This document shows, piece by piece, positions 1 through 10,007 of a DNA stretch of 33,328 bases (position 1 is the first letter of the stretch; the number at the start of each line of letters is the position of its first letter). The stretch covers positions 1-33,328 of the forward strand of contig JAVZBY010000010.1 in the NCBI GenBank assembly GCA_038874655.1. Direction: 5' to 3'. The translations under genes were made by a program, and so were the position numbers. Source of the stretch: Candidatus Woesearchaeota archaeon (GTDB lineage: Archaea; Nanobdellota; Nanobdellia; Woesearchaeales; GW2011-AR15). The notes below the pieces were generated by a model. It had not been told where the DNA came from. It saw nothing but the letters and a program-made list of their open reading frames with translations, and made no database searches.

Positions 1-2
1 AT

Positions 3-3000
3 TTTGAATGTAATCAAACTGCTTATCTAAAAAATTACATGATTAAAGCTGGTTATGCTACTTTGCTTTTTGAGTTTGAAAATGATTTAGCTTATGTAAG
101 TGATTATGCTTATGATCCTAGTGCTCCTACTCATGATAATCCTTATATTACGCCTGATCCTGCTTATCCTTTTAATAATTTAACTTGCAATGCTAATAAT
201 GTTTTTGATGCTGATGGAGATCAAGTTGTAAATATAACAACTTGGTATAAGAATAATCGAAGTATTTATTTGTTGTATTTGACATTTGCAAATGATAATG
301 AAAGTGTATTGAAAGATTATTCTTTCCATAATTATGATATTGTAAATAATAGTGCAAAATATAATAAAACTATTGGTAGAATAGGTGGTTCATTTTATTT
401 TGATGGAAATTCTTATATTGATTTAGGTCAAAATATTGCTTTAGGTGAAAATTTTACTATAGAATTGTGGTATAAAGGAAGTGAATCTGAATATTATAAA
501 GGTTTAACAGGTGCTGTATCAACAAATGGTTATGCATTACAAATAGATCAAGGATTAGTAAGAGCTTGGATTAATGGGAATCAACATTATGGAACTAGTT
601 ATGTTAATGATAATATATGGCACCACATTGTTTTACAAAGGGAAAATGGACTTGCTAGAATATATGTTGATGGGATACTAGAAAAAGAAGAATTAACAAG
701 TTCAGCTAGTGTTGTTTCTAATCAAAATACTTGGATTGGAGGTTGGGGAAATACTGATTATTTAATTAATGGATTTATAGATGAAATAAGATATTATAAT
801 TACTCTTTATCTAATAATCAAATAAGAAAAAATTTTTTTAGTGAAAATTCATCAAACTATAACAACATATTATTAACTGATGAAATAAAAATTAATGATG
901 AAATAAAGTGTGGTGTAATTCCTAATGATGGTAATGTAAGCGGACTTTTAAAAAATTCTAGCTTTGTCAAAATCAATGAAAATTTAAAACCAAATTTAAC
1001 AAATGTTTATTTACTACCTCAACCTGCTTTTAATGATAGTAATTTAAGTTGTTATGGTCTTATCAACAATATAGAAGGAGATTATATAGTTAATATTACA
1101 AATTGGTATAGGAATAACAAAAGTATTTATTTAGCATATTTTAGTTTTACAAATAATAATGAAAGTTTATTAAAAGATTATTCTTATAATATTAATAGTG
1201 CTTTTAATAATGGTGCTACATACTACAAAGATTTAGGCAAAATTGGTGGTTCATTTTATTTTGATGGAAATTCTTATATTGATTTAGGTCAAAATATTGC
1301 TTTAGGTGAAAATTTTACTATAGAATTGTGGTATAAAGGAACTGATGATCAAGAATATCATGGTTTAACAGGTGCTATATCAACAAATGGTTATGGTATA
1401 CAATTGTATTATGGTTTAGTTAGAGTATGGATTAATGGTAATGTTCATTTAGGAAATATACTAGTTAATGATGATAAATGGCATCACATAGTAGTACAAA
1501 GAGAAAAAGGCCAATTAAAAAGTTATATAGATTCTGTTTTGGATATAAATGAAACTACTGATACAGGCTCTGTTGCATCAAACCAAAATACTTGGATTGG
1601 AGGTTGGGGAAATAATGAATTATTAATTTATGGCCTTATAGATGAAGTTAAATATTATAATTATTCTTTAACATATAACCAAATTAGAAGAAATTTTCTA
1701 AGCGAAAATCAATCATTATATAATAATTTTTTAGATTACAAAGAAACTAATTTAAATGAGGAATGGAAATGTTCTATAACTCCAAATGATGGTTATTTAG
1801 ATGGAATAACTAAAAACAGCTCAAGTGTAAAAATAAAACTTAATAATGTACCAAGAGTTTCAAACCTACAAATTTTACCAATTACCCCTAATACAACATC
1901 AAATTTAAGTTGCTATGCAACTGTTATGGATAACTTTAATTTTACAATTAATGTTGAATATTTTTGGTATAATGGAACTAATTTATTTTCATCAGGAAAT
2001 GTTAGTGTGAATAATAACACAAATACTTTAATATCAACAATTTCTAATTCAAATACAAAAAAGAATGAAATATGGAACTGCACTATTAAAGCTTATGTAG
2101 ATCTTGAAAATTCTATTTTTAGCTTAAATTCTACTAATGTTAAAATAAATAATAATCCCCCTACCAAAATAAGAGATATAGAAAATAGAAATTGGTTAAA
2201 CGATAGTAGTTATTATTTAAATTTAAGTATATATTTCATTGATGAAGATGAAGAAAATTTAAGCTATAATGTAATTAATTCTAATAATTATATTATTTCT
2301 TTTAAAGATAATGTTGCTAATATTACACCTATTAATGGTTTTGTTGGAAGAAATATCATCAATTTCACAGCTAATGATGGTGAAAATATAACTCATTCAA
2401 ACCCTATTATTATAGAAACACACAATGATTTAATAATAAATTCTAATCAAACTTGGAATGCAAGTGATTTCTATAAAGGTATATATTATTTTAGAAATTT
2501 ATATATTATAAATAATAGTACTTTATTTTTAAGAGGGAATTATACTAATAATTCTGATGGTTATGGTGTTGAATTAAATATTAAAGAAAATTTAACCATT
2601 GAAAAAGGGAGTAAAATCTCTGCTGATGAATTAGGTTATCCTGGAGGAAGTATAACTTTAAATGGAATGGGTCCTGGTGCTGGAATTGCAAATGATTGGG
2701 CAACTGGTGTTTCTGGAGCTGGTCATGGTGGATATGGTGGAGGTATAAACCCTGGCTCTGCTTATGATTCTTTAGTTTATCCTATACAATTAGGAAGCGG
2801 TGGTGCTGGTGCTAAAGGGAGTGATGCTAGAATTGGCGGCAATGGTGGTGGTGCTATCATAATAAACAGTAGTCAAATAAAAATAGATGGAATTCTATCT
2901 GCTAATGGTGGCTCAACACCTTGTAATGGTTGTTTGAATCCAGGTGGTGGTGGATCCGGAGGATCTATTTTAATTTTATGCAATAATATCTCTGGAGAGG

Positions 3001-6000
3001 GTAATATAACTACTAATGGTGGTTCTGGAGATATTGGATCTCAAACTAGTTCTGGTGCCGGTGCAGGTGGAAGAATTAGTATTCATTTTAAAAACTTTTC
3101 ATTTGTCGGTGTAATCAGTTCTTTTAATGGAAATAAAGGTAGAACTGCTGAAAATGGTACTATTTATTTGTACGATTATTTAAATAATGATTTATATATA
3201 ATAAGAACGCAGTTATGGCGCACAAATTTAGAAGGAGACTTATTTAATCATAATAATATTTACATTTTGAATAGATCAACATTGTATTTAAAAAGTTATC
3301 ATACTAATGATACAAATGGAATAGGATTTAAATTTTATGTTAAAAACTTTTATTTATTAGATAATGCTTCTATTAATTTAAATGGATTAGGTTATTCTGG
3401 TGGAGATCCGGGATATAATGGTTATGGCCCTGGAAAAGGAATTTCTAATTCTTGGCCTATAGGCGTTTCTGGAGCTGGACATGGTGGTTTAGGAGGTGGT
3501 GTTAATGGTGGCTTTGTATATGATTCATATGATCTACCTTTAGAATTAGGAAGTGGTGGAGCAGGTGGAAAAGGTAGTGGTTCTATGTATGGAGGTAATG
3601 GTGGCGGTGCTATTTTAATTAATGCAACCAATAACATAATAATTAATGGCTCTATTAATGCTGATGGAGGCAATACATATAATACTAATTCTGAAATAGA
3701 TAATCCCGGTGGTGGTGGCTCAGGTGGTTCAATATTATTAATTTGTAATAATTTTTTCAGTAATGGTTTTTTAACAGCCAGAGGAGGAAATGGTGGTTCT
3801 AGTCAAACTACTTCTGGAAATGGTGGTGGAGGAAGAATTTCTGTTATATATCTTAATAATTTTGATTTCAATTTAAATAATAATATAACTACTCCTGGTG
3901 TTGGTGGTTCAGGCGGAGAATCAGGAACTAGTTTTATTTTACATTATTTTTTAGATATTAATTTTAATGTAAGTCATTTAGCACAATTTCCTAATGATAC
4001 AATAATAATATATGGAAAAGCAAATTTAAGTGAAGGAACAAATGTTTCTAATAGAAATTTAATAATAAGACTGAATGAAACTATTTACTATTTAAATACC
4101 TCAAATAACCAATTAACAAAAACAAATACTGGAATATTACCAACTACTAATTTAACAGGTGGATTTTATTATATTTTAGAAACGCCATCTGAAGTTGGAA
4201 GCTATTTATTAAGAATAAACACTAGTGAATTTGGAAAATATGGATATTTAGAGAGAACTAAAAATTTAACTATAAATATAACAAGAAGTTTTGTACCTCA
4301 AATAATTTATCATAATACTTACCCAAATAAAAAATTCTTTGATTCAAATAAAGGTGCTGATTATTATTACATTTATGCTAATGTTAGTGATTATGATAAT
4401 AATGTTGTAAGTGTTAATTTCACTTTAATTGCCCCAAATGGAACTGTTGTTATTGATAATAAAAATGCTTCTGCTTATTCCAATAATCTTTGGAATTCTA
4501 CTTCATTTAAATTAGATCAATATGGACAATGGAATTATACTGTATTTGCTTTAGACAATGACGGAAATAATGATACTAACTATGGGAATATTAGATTTTT
4601 GGAAATAACTGGAAACATACAACCAAGTTATATTTTAATAAATCAAAGTTTTATTTTATACGGTGTAGTTAAGGATAGTTTAAGAAACCCTGTTAGTGAA
4701 AAAGAAATTTTTATTTATGTAAATAATTCTTTGATAAACAAAGATGATTGGTGGAACTCTTCTTGGATATATAGAAAGAAAATATATGTTGAACCAAATG
4801 TCCAAACAAATTTAACTAATACTATTACTTTGGTTAATTTCTCAACTTCTGAATTCATTGCTCAAAATAAAATGAGAAGTGATTGTGGTGATGTTAGATT
4901 TACTGATTCTAATAATAGTGAACTTCAATATACTATGGAAACATCTAGTTGTAATTCTAATAATACTATATTTTGGATTTGGACTAACTTAACTGCCAAT
5001 TCTAATAACACTATATATGCTTATTTCGGCAATCCTAATGCAAATTTCAAAAAAGATTATTTTAATCCAGATAATTCCTTAATAGTTTATTATCACTTTG
5101 ACAATCCTTCTATATATTCTTCAGATATATCAAAAAGTTTTGATTTTAGCAGAAATTACAACGGAAGTTTATATAATGGAGCTTATGTTATTAGTGATGG
5201 AAAATTTGAAAAAGGAGTATATTTAGATGGTGTAGATGACAACTTTGCAACAGATAATATGATTCCTATAACTGGAACAGCAAATAGAACGGTCATGCTA
5301 TGGTTAAAAGTTTTTTCAGACTCTAATGGGGGTATTTTTCAATTAGGTAATAATGGAGCACCTAGCGGTGTTTTCTCATTATTTTTAGAAAACTACAATA
5401 TAAAATATTGGGGACATTTCCAAGACTATACAACTAATGCTTATATTTATCCTGGAAGTTTTACACATTTAGCTATTACCTTTAATGGTAGTAATGTTGT
5501 TATCTATTTAAATGGCACTATTGTAGATAATAGAATTATTAGTGTTATTACTAGGCAAGACATCGCAAGGTTTGGTTATACTACTTTAACAGGATATTTA
5601 CAAACTATTATTGATGAGGTTAGAATATATAATAGATCTTTATCTCAAGATGAAATTTCTACAATTTATAATTCTACAAAAATATTTTATGTGAAAAATG
5701 AAATAATGACTTCTACAAATTTTTCTGGGGAGTATAGTTATATTATTAGTGCACCTTCTAATGTAGGAAAATACTTTATTAAAATAAACACAACTTACAA
5801 TAATTATAATAATGAGTATGGTGAACAAACTTTAGAATTAGATTTAAAGAAAATACCAAAAATTTTATCAAATAATACTTTTCCATTAAAAGTTTATTTT
5901 GACAATAATAATCCTATTAGTATGTATCTACAAGCTAATGTTGAAGATGAAAATCTTTATTCTGTTAATTTCACTTTGATTGCTCCTAACGGAACTGTTG

Positions 6001-9000
6001 TTATTGATAATAAAAATGCTTCTGCTTATTCCAATAATCTTTGGAATTCTACTTCATTTAAATTAGATCAATATGGTCAATGGAATTATTCTGTATTTGC
6101 TTTAGACAATGACGGAAACAATGATACTAGCTATGGAAATATTAGGTTCTTGCAAATAACAGAAACTTTAGAACCTAACTATGTTAATGTTAATCAAACA
6201 GTTGCTGTATTTGGTAATGTGAAAGATACCAACGAAAACTTTATTTCCAATAATTCTATTTATGTTTATTTAAATAATGAAAGTGTTACATGTAAAGATA
6301 CTAATTGGTGGAATTATTCGTTTTATAATGTAAAACAATTCACAATAAGTAATCCTAGTTCCTACACGTTAACAAATGCTCCAGTATATATTAATTTTTC
6401 AACTTTAGATTTAATTTATCAAAATAAGTTAAAAACAAATTGTCAAGATATTAGATTTGTAGATGAAACAAATAATGAGATTGATTACATTTTAGATATT
6501 CCTACATGTAATAGTTCTAAAACTAGCTTTTTATTATGGTTAAATTTATCAGGCAATGAAAATAAAACTTTATATGCTTATTATGGAAATAATGAGGCTT
6601 ATTTAAATAAAAATTATAATATACCAGATAAAAGCTTAATATTATATTATAATTTTGACAATAATACTGTTTATCACTCAAATGCTAATAAGATTTATGA
6701 TTTAAGTAAAAATAATTATAATAGTTCTTTTATAAATGGTGCAACCGTTTCTAGCGAAGGAAAAAATGGATATGCCTTATATTTAGATGGTTATGATGAT
6801 TTCATTCATTCTGATACAACCTTACCATTAGAAGGTAATAAAGAAAGAACTATTATGATGTGGATAAAAACTTTTAATGATGATAGAGGTGGTATTTTTC
6901 AAATTGGTAAAGAATCTTGGCCACATAGTGTATTTACTATTTACCTTAATGGTGGCTATAGAATAGCTTATTGGGGACATTATGTTGATTACAATACAAA
7001 TGCTTATTTATATCCGGGTGGTTGGTCACATCTTGCAGTAACATTTAATCAAACAAATATAAAAATATATATTAACGGTACTTTATCGGATAATAATATT
7101 GTTAGCGTAAATACTTATAATCCCTATTTAAGAATAGGTCATGCAGAGGGTTTAATAAATAATTACTTGAATTGTATGATTGACGAAATATTTATATTTA
7201 ATAGAAGTTTAGAATATCCTGAAATTTTATCCTATTATAACTTAACTAAAATTTATTTTATATCAAACAATACAAATTTAAAAACTAATTCTAGTGGACA
7301 TTATTTATGTAATATTACTTCTCCTTTAATTCCTGGACAATATGTTGTAAAAGTCAACACAACTTACAATGATGAATATGGTGAACAAACTCAAATTTTA
7401 ACTGTAAAGCAATTTCCTAAACTTCTAGAAAATTATACCTCACCTAGAAAAGTTTATTTTGATTCTAATTCTCAACCTTTAAATGTTTCTATTATTGCGA
7501 ATATATCTGATGATAATTTAAAAAGTGTCAATTTCACTTTAATTGCCCCAAATGGAACTGTTGTTATTGATAATAAAAATGCTTCTGCTTATTCTGGTAG
7601 TATTTGGAACTCTACATCATTTAAATTAGATCAATATGGTCAATGGAATTATTCTGTATTTGCTTTAGACAATGACGGAAATAATGACAGTAGCTATGGA
7701 AATATTAGGTTCTTGCAAATATCAGAAACTTTAGAACCTAACTATGTTAATGTTAATCAAACAGTTGCTGTATTTGGTAATGTGAAAAATAGTAGTAGAT
7801 ATAATATAAATGATAAACTTGTATTTATTTACTTAAATAACTCATTATTAACAACATTAGACTGGTGGAATAATAGTTGGTATTATAAAAAAATAATTTT
7901 TATTGAATCAAATGTTCAATCAAATTTAACTAATACTATTACTTTAGTTAATTTCTCAACTTCTGAATTCATTGCTCAAAATAAAATGAGAAGTGATTGC
8001 GGTGATGTTAGATTTACTGATTCTAATAATAATGAACTTCAATATACTATGGAAACTTCTACCTGTAATTCCAGCAACACTATATTTTGGGTTTGGACTA
8101 ACTTAACTGCCAATTCTAATAACACTATATATGCTTATTTCGGCAATCCTAATGCAACTTTAAAAACTGATTACACTAATCCTGATGACTCTCTTGTATT
8201 ATATCTACATTTTGATAACTCTAGTTATTATGGTGAAAATAATTCAAAAATGTTTGATTTCTCTAAAAAAGGTAATAATGGAACATGTATAAATTGTCCT
8301 TCTCTTGCTAAAGGAATTTATGGAAATTATTATGATTTTGATGAGACAAATAAATATATAACTATAAATGCAGACCTAAAAACACAAAATAACAAAGTTA
8401 CTGTTATGGCATGGGTTAATTTAGATTCAACATCTGAAAGTGGTAATTTTATTAAAATAGGTGGCGGAAACAATGGTTTTGGTATTGGCGTTGGACAAAC
8501 TACTACAGAAGACAATGGTAATAATTTGATATTTATATATGAATATGTAAGATGGATAAATACTGGTTATAGTATTGGAACAGGTTGGCATCATGTAGCT
8601 ATGACTATTGATGCTAATGGTATCCCCTCTGCATATATTGATGGAAGATTTAAAAATAGTTTTCCAGGAAACGCACCTATTAGTCCAGATTCAAATATTG
8701 TAATTGGTGGTAATGATATAAGGAATGTAGATGCTGGAATTGATGAAATTAGAGTTTATAATAAAACCTTATCTGAAGATGAAATCTCTGCAATTTATAA
8801 TACTACAAAAAATTATTATATATCAAACGAAACATTTGCACAAACAAACTCATCTGGAGATTATTATTACACTTTCAATGCTCCTTTAATTCCTGGACAA
8901 TATGTTGTAAAAGTCAACGCTACTTACAATGATGAATATGGAGAGCAAAGTAGAATTCTTAATGTTGTTGAAAGTTATAATCCTAAAATTGTCAATATTA

Positions 9001-10007
9001 ATATATCTCCTTTTAATGCAAAAACAAATGATGATTTAATATGTATTGCAACAATTAATTCATTTACAAATATAACTGTTGAATACTATTGGTATAATGG
9101 ATCTAATTTAATTTTCTCTGGTAATAATACTAATGTATTAAATAATGTTCCACAAGTTATTACAACTTTAAATAATGACTATACAAAAAAAGGTGAAAAT
9201 TGGACATGCACAATAAGAGCTTATAATGGAATAGAATATAGTTCATATAATTCAAGTTCTGTTATTATTCAAAACACTCCTCCAAGCACACCAAATTTAA
9301 TAAGTCCGACAAACAATAATAATACTGTTTGGACAAATCCACCTGAGTTTATTTGGAGTTCTTTTGATGAGGATAATGATTTATTAAATTTCACATTAAA
9401 TATTACATCAGAGATATGCCCTGATATTTTAATTGAAAATATAACATCATTTAATTATAATCCTCTTATCTATCTCCCAGAAATAGAATTTGTGTTAAAT
9501 TGCCCTTATAAATGGCAAGTTAGAGTTAGTGATGGAACTAACTATAGTGAGTGGAGTGAAAAATGGAACTTTACAATCGAACCAATTTTAATCTTAACAT
9601 TAATAAATAATAGTATTGATTTTGGGAATTTGAATATAAACGATGTAAAAGATACTGATAATAATGTTAGCCAAATGATTATTAGAAACGATGGAAATCT
9701 TATTGCAAATATAACTTATATCAGTATAAATAATTCATTATGGGAAAGTGTTTCGGACAATACAGAATATTTCCAATTCAAGATAGATAATGTTTCATAT
9801 GAACCAAATTCATTTAATTGGACTTTATCCACAACTAACTGGACAAATCTAACATTTATATTTAATACAAACAAAACAGCTGTTGCTTATTTATTATATC
9901 AAGACAAAAATGATGAAGCTGAAATAGATTACAGAATAAAAGTGCCCCCTGGAGAAAGAGCAGGTGAAAAAAGAACAACAATCCTAATAATCGGAGAGGA
10001 CACATGA
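3..10007 (+). CDS. Giant modular cell-surface/adhesin-like protein (Cys-containing Ig-like repeats, 5 LamG/ConA-like domains, 3 DUF2341-like domains, 2 Gly-rich domains, Fn3-like and C-terminal beta domain); 5' end outside window
   Basis: Frame is open from base 3 (FECNQTAYLKNYM...) and no signal peptide follows Met39, so the true start is upstream. LamG signatures (FDG..YIDLG, FTIELW, WHHIV, IDEIRYYN.SLS); DUF2341-like 'WW..SW.YRK.I...MRSDCGDVRFTD...IYAYFGNP'; Gly-rich 'GAGHGG.GG...P..LGSGG...GG.GGGAI...GGGGSGGSI'; very dense NxS/T sequons; no C-terminal TM helix. Confidence 0.9.
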   Translation, partial: FECNQTAYLKNYMIKAGYATLLFEFENDLAYVSDYAYDPSAPTHDNPYITPDPAYPFNNLTCNANNVFDADGDQVVNITTWYKNNRSIYLLYLTFANDNESVLKDYSFHNYDIVNNSAKYNKTIGRIGGSFYFDGNSYIDLGQNIALGENFTIELWYKGSESEYYKGLTGAVSTNGYALQIDQGLVRAWINGNQHYGTSYVNDNIWHHIVLQRENGLARIYVDGILEKEELTSSASVVSNQNTWIGGWGNTDYLINGFIDEIRYYNYSLSNNQIRKNFFSENSSNYNNILLTDEIKINDEIKCGVIPNDGNVSGLLKNSSFVKINENLKPNLTNVYLLPQPAFNDSNLSCYGLINNIEGDYIVNITNWYRNNKSIYLAYFSFTNNNESLLKDYSYNINSAFNNGATYYKDLGKIGGSFYFDGNSYIDLGQNIALGENFTIELWYKGTDDQEYHGLTGAISTNGYGIQLYYGLVRVWINGNVHLGNILVNDDKWHHIVVQREKGQLKSYIDSVLDINETTDTGSVASNQNTWIGGWGNNELLIYGLIDEVKYYNYSLTYNQIRRNFLSENQSLYNNFLDYKETNLNEEWKCSITPNDGYLDGITKNSSSVKIKLNNVPRVSNLQILPITPNTTSNLSCYATVMDNFNFTINVEYFWYNGTNLFSSGNVSVNNNTNTLISTISNSNTKKNEIWNCTIKAYVDLENSIFSLNSTNVKINNNPPTKIRDIENRNWLNDSSYYLNLSIYFIDEDEENLSYNVINSNNYIISFKDNVANITPINGFVGRNIINFTANDGENITHSNPIIIETHNDLIINSNQTWNASDFYKGIYYFRNLYIINNSTLFLRGNYTNNSDGYGVELNIKENLTIEKGSKISADELGYPGGSITLNGMGPGAGIANDWATGVSGAGHGGYGGGINPGSAYDSLVYPIQLGSGGAGAKGSDARIGGNGGGAIIINSSQIKIDGILSANGGSTPCNGCLNPGGGGSGGSILILCNNISGEGNITTNGGSGDIGSQTSSGAGAGGRISIHFKNFSFVGVISSFNGNKGRTAENGTIYLYDYLNNDLYIIRTQLWRTNLEGDLFNHNNIYILNRSTLYLKSYHTNDTNGIGFKFYVKNFYLLDNASINLNGLGYSGGDPGYNGYGPGKGISNSWPIGVSGAGHGGLGGGVNGGFVYDSYDLPLELGSGGAGGKGSGSMYGGNGGGAILINATNNIIINGSINADGGNTYNTNSEIDNPGGGGSGGSILLICNNFFSNGFLTARGGNGGSSQTTSGNGGGGRISVIYLNNFDFNLNNNITTPGVGGSGGESGTSFILHYFLDINFNVSHLAQFPNDTIIIYGKANLSEGTNVSNRNLIIRLNETIYYLNTSNNQLTKTNTGILPTTNLTGGFYYILETPSEVGSYLLRINTSEFGKYGYLERTKNLTINITRSFVPQIIYHNTYPNKKFFDSNKGADYYYIYANVSDYDNNVVSVNFTLIAPNGTVVIDNKNASAYSNNLWNSTSFKLDQYGQWNYTVFALDNDGNNDTNYGNIRFLEITGNIQPSYILINQSFILYGVVKDSLRNPVSEKEIFIYVNNSLINKDDWWNSSWIYRKKIYVEPNVQTNLTNTITLVNFSTSEFIAQNKMRSDCGDVRFTDSNNSELQYTMETSSCNSNNTIFWIWTNLTANSNNTIYAYFGNPNANFKKDYFNPDNSLIVYYHFDNPSIYSSDISKSFDFSRNYNGSLYNGAYVISDGKFEKGVYLDGVDDNFATDNMIPITGTANRTVMLWLKVFSDSNGGIFQLGNNGAPSGVFSLFLENYNIKYWGHFQDYTTNAYIYPGSFTHLAITFNGSNVVIYLNGTIVDNRIISVITRQDIARFGYTTLTGYLQTIIDEVRIYNRSLSQDEISTIYNSTKIFYVKNEIMTSTNFSGEYSYIISAPSNVGKYFIKINTTYNNYNNEYGEQTLELDLKKIPKILSNNTFPLKVYFDNNNPISMYLQANVEDENLYSVNFTLIAPNGTVVIDNKNASAYSNNLWNSTSFKLDQYGQWNYSVFALDNDGNNDTSYGNIRFLQITETLEPNYVNVNQTVAVFGNVKDTNENFISNNSIYVYLNNESVTCKDTNWWNYSFYNVKQFTISNPSSYTLTNAPVYINFSTLDLIYQNKLKTNCQDIRFVDETNNEIDYILDIPTCNSSKTSFLLWLNLSGNENKTLYAYYGNNEAYLNKNYNIPDKSLILYYNFDNNTVYHSNANKIYDLSKNNYNSSFINGATVSSEGKNGYALYLDGYDDFIHSDTTLPLEGNKERTIMMWIKTFNDDRGGIFQIGKESWPHSVFTIYLNGGYRIAYWGHYVDYNTNAYLYPGGWSHLAVTFNQTNIKIYINGTLSDNNIVSVNTYNPYLRIGHAEGLINNYLNCMIDEIFIFNRSLEYPEILSYYNLTKIYFISNNTNLKTNSSGHYLCNITSPLIPGQYVVKVNTTYNDEYGEQTQILTVKQFPKLLENYTSPRKVYFDSNSQPLNVSIIANISDDNLKSVNFTLIAPNGTVVIDNKNASAYSGSIWNSTSFKLDQYGQWNYSVFALDNDGNNDSSYGNIRFLQISETLEPNYVNVNQTVAVFGNVKNSSRYNINDKLVFIYLNNSLLTTLDWWNNSWYYKKIIFIESNVQSNLTNTITLVNFSTSEFIAQNKMRSDCGDVRFTDSNNNELQYTMETSTCNSSNTIFWVWTNLTANSNNTIYAYFGNPNATLKTDYTNPDDSLVLYLHFDNSSYYGENNSKMFDFSKKGNNGTCINCPSLAKGIYGNYYDFDETNKYITINADLKTQNNKVTVMAWVNLDSTSESGNFIKIGGGNNGFGIGVGQTTTEDNGNNLIFIYEYVRWINTGYSIGTGWHHVAMTIDANGIPSAYIDGRFKNSFPGNAPISPDSNIVIGGNDIRNVDAGIDEIRVYNKTLSEDEISAIYNTTKNYYISNETFAQTNSSGDYYYTFNAPLIPGQYVVKVNATYNDEYGEQSRILNVVESYNPKIVNINISPFNAKTNDDLICIATINSFTNITVEYYWYNGSNLIFSGNNTNVLNNVPQVITTLNNDYTKKGENWTCTIRAYNGIEYSSYNSSSVIIQNTPPSTPNLISPTNNNNTVWTNPPEFIWSSFDEDNDLLNFTLNITSEICPDILIENITSFNYNPLIYLPEIEFVLNCPYKWQVRVSDGTNYSEWSEKWNFTIEPILILTLINNSIDFGNLNINDVKDTDNNVSQMIIRNDGNLIANITYISINNSLWESVSDNTEYFQFKIDNVSYEPNSFNWTLSTTNWTNLTFIFNTNKTAVAYLLYQDKNDEAEIDYRIKVPPGERAGEKRTTILIIGEDT
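384..1341 (+). repeat. Intragenic direct repeat of the Ig+LamG unit (period 861 bp); 384-480 identical to 1245-1341
   Basis: The 97-bp block ggtggttcattttattttgatgg...tataaaggaa occurs twice exactly; the rest of the two units is similar at protein level. Confidence 0.9.
2590..3850 (+). repeat. Two Gly-rich domain repeats (about 2590-3085 and 3370-3850)
   Basis: Protein repeats W..GVSGAGHGG.GGG.N.G..YDS...P..LGSGGAG.KGS....GGNGGGAI...NPGGGGSGGSI...GGRIS. Confidence 0.85.
4412..8945 (+). repeat. Three tandem ~1.55-kb units (Ig-like + Ig-like with inserted DUF2341-like/LamG), containing near-identical nucleotide blocks
   Basis: gaactgttgttattgataataaaaatgcttctgcttatt at 4441, 5992 and 7555 (periods 1551 and 1563 bp); DUF2341-like block ~4808-5045 nearly identical to ~7921-8156; ctcctttaattcctggacaatatgttgtaaaagtcaac at 7321 and 8881. 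Confidence 0.9.

Noticed and set aside
384-8945. Diversity-generating retroelement TR/VR pair among the giant-gene repeats
   Set aside because: Differences are not adenine-specific, all copies are in-frame coding modules, and there is no reverse transcriptase in the window.
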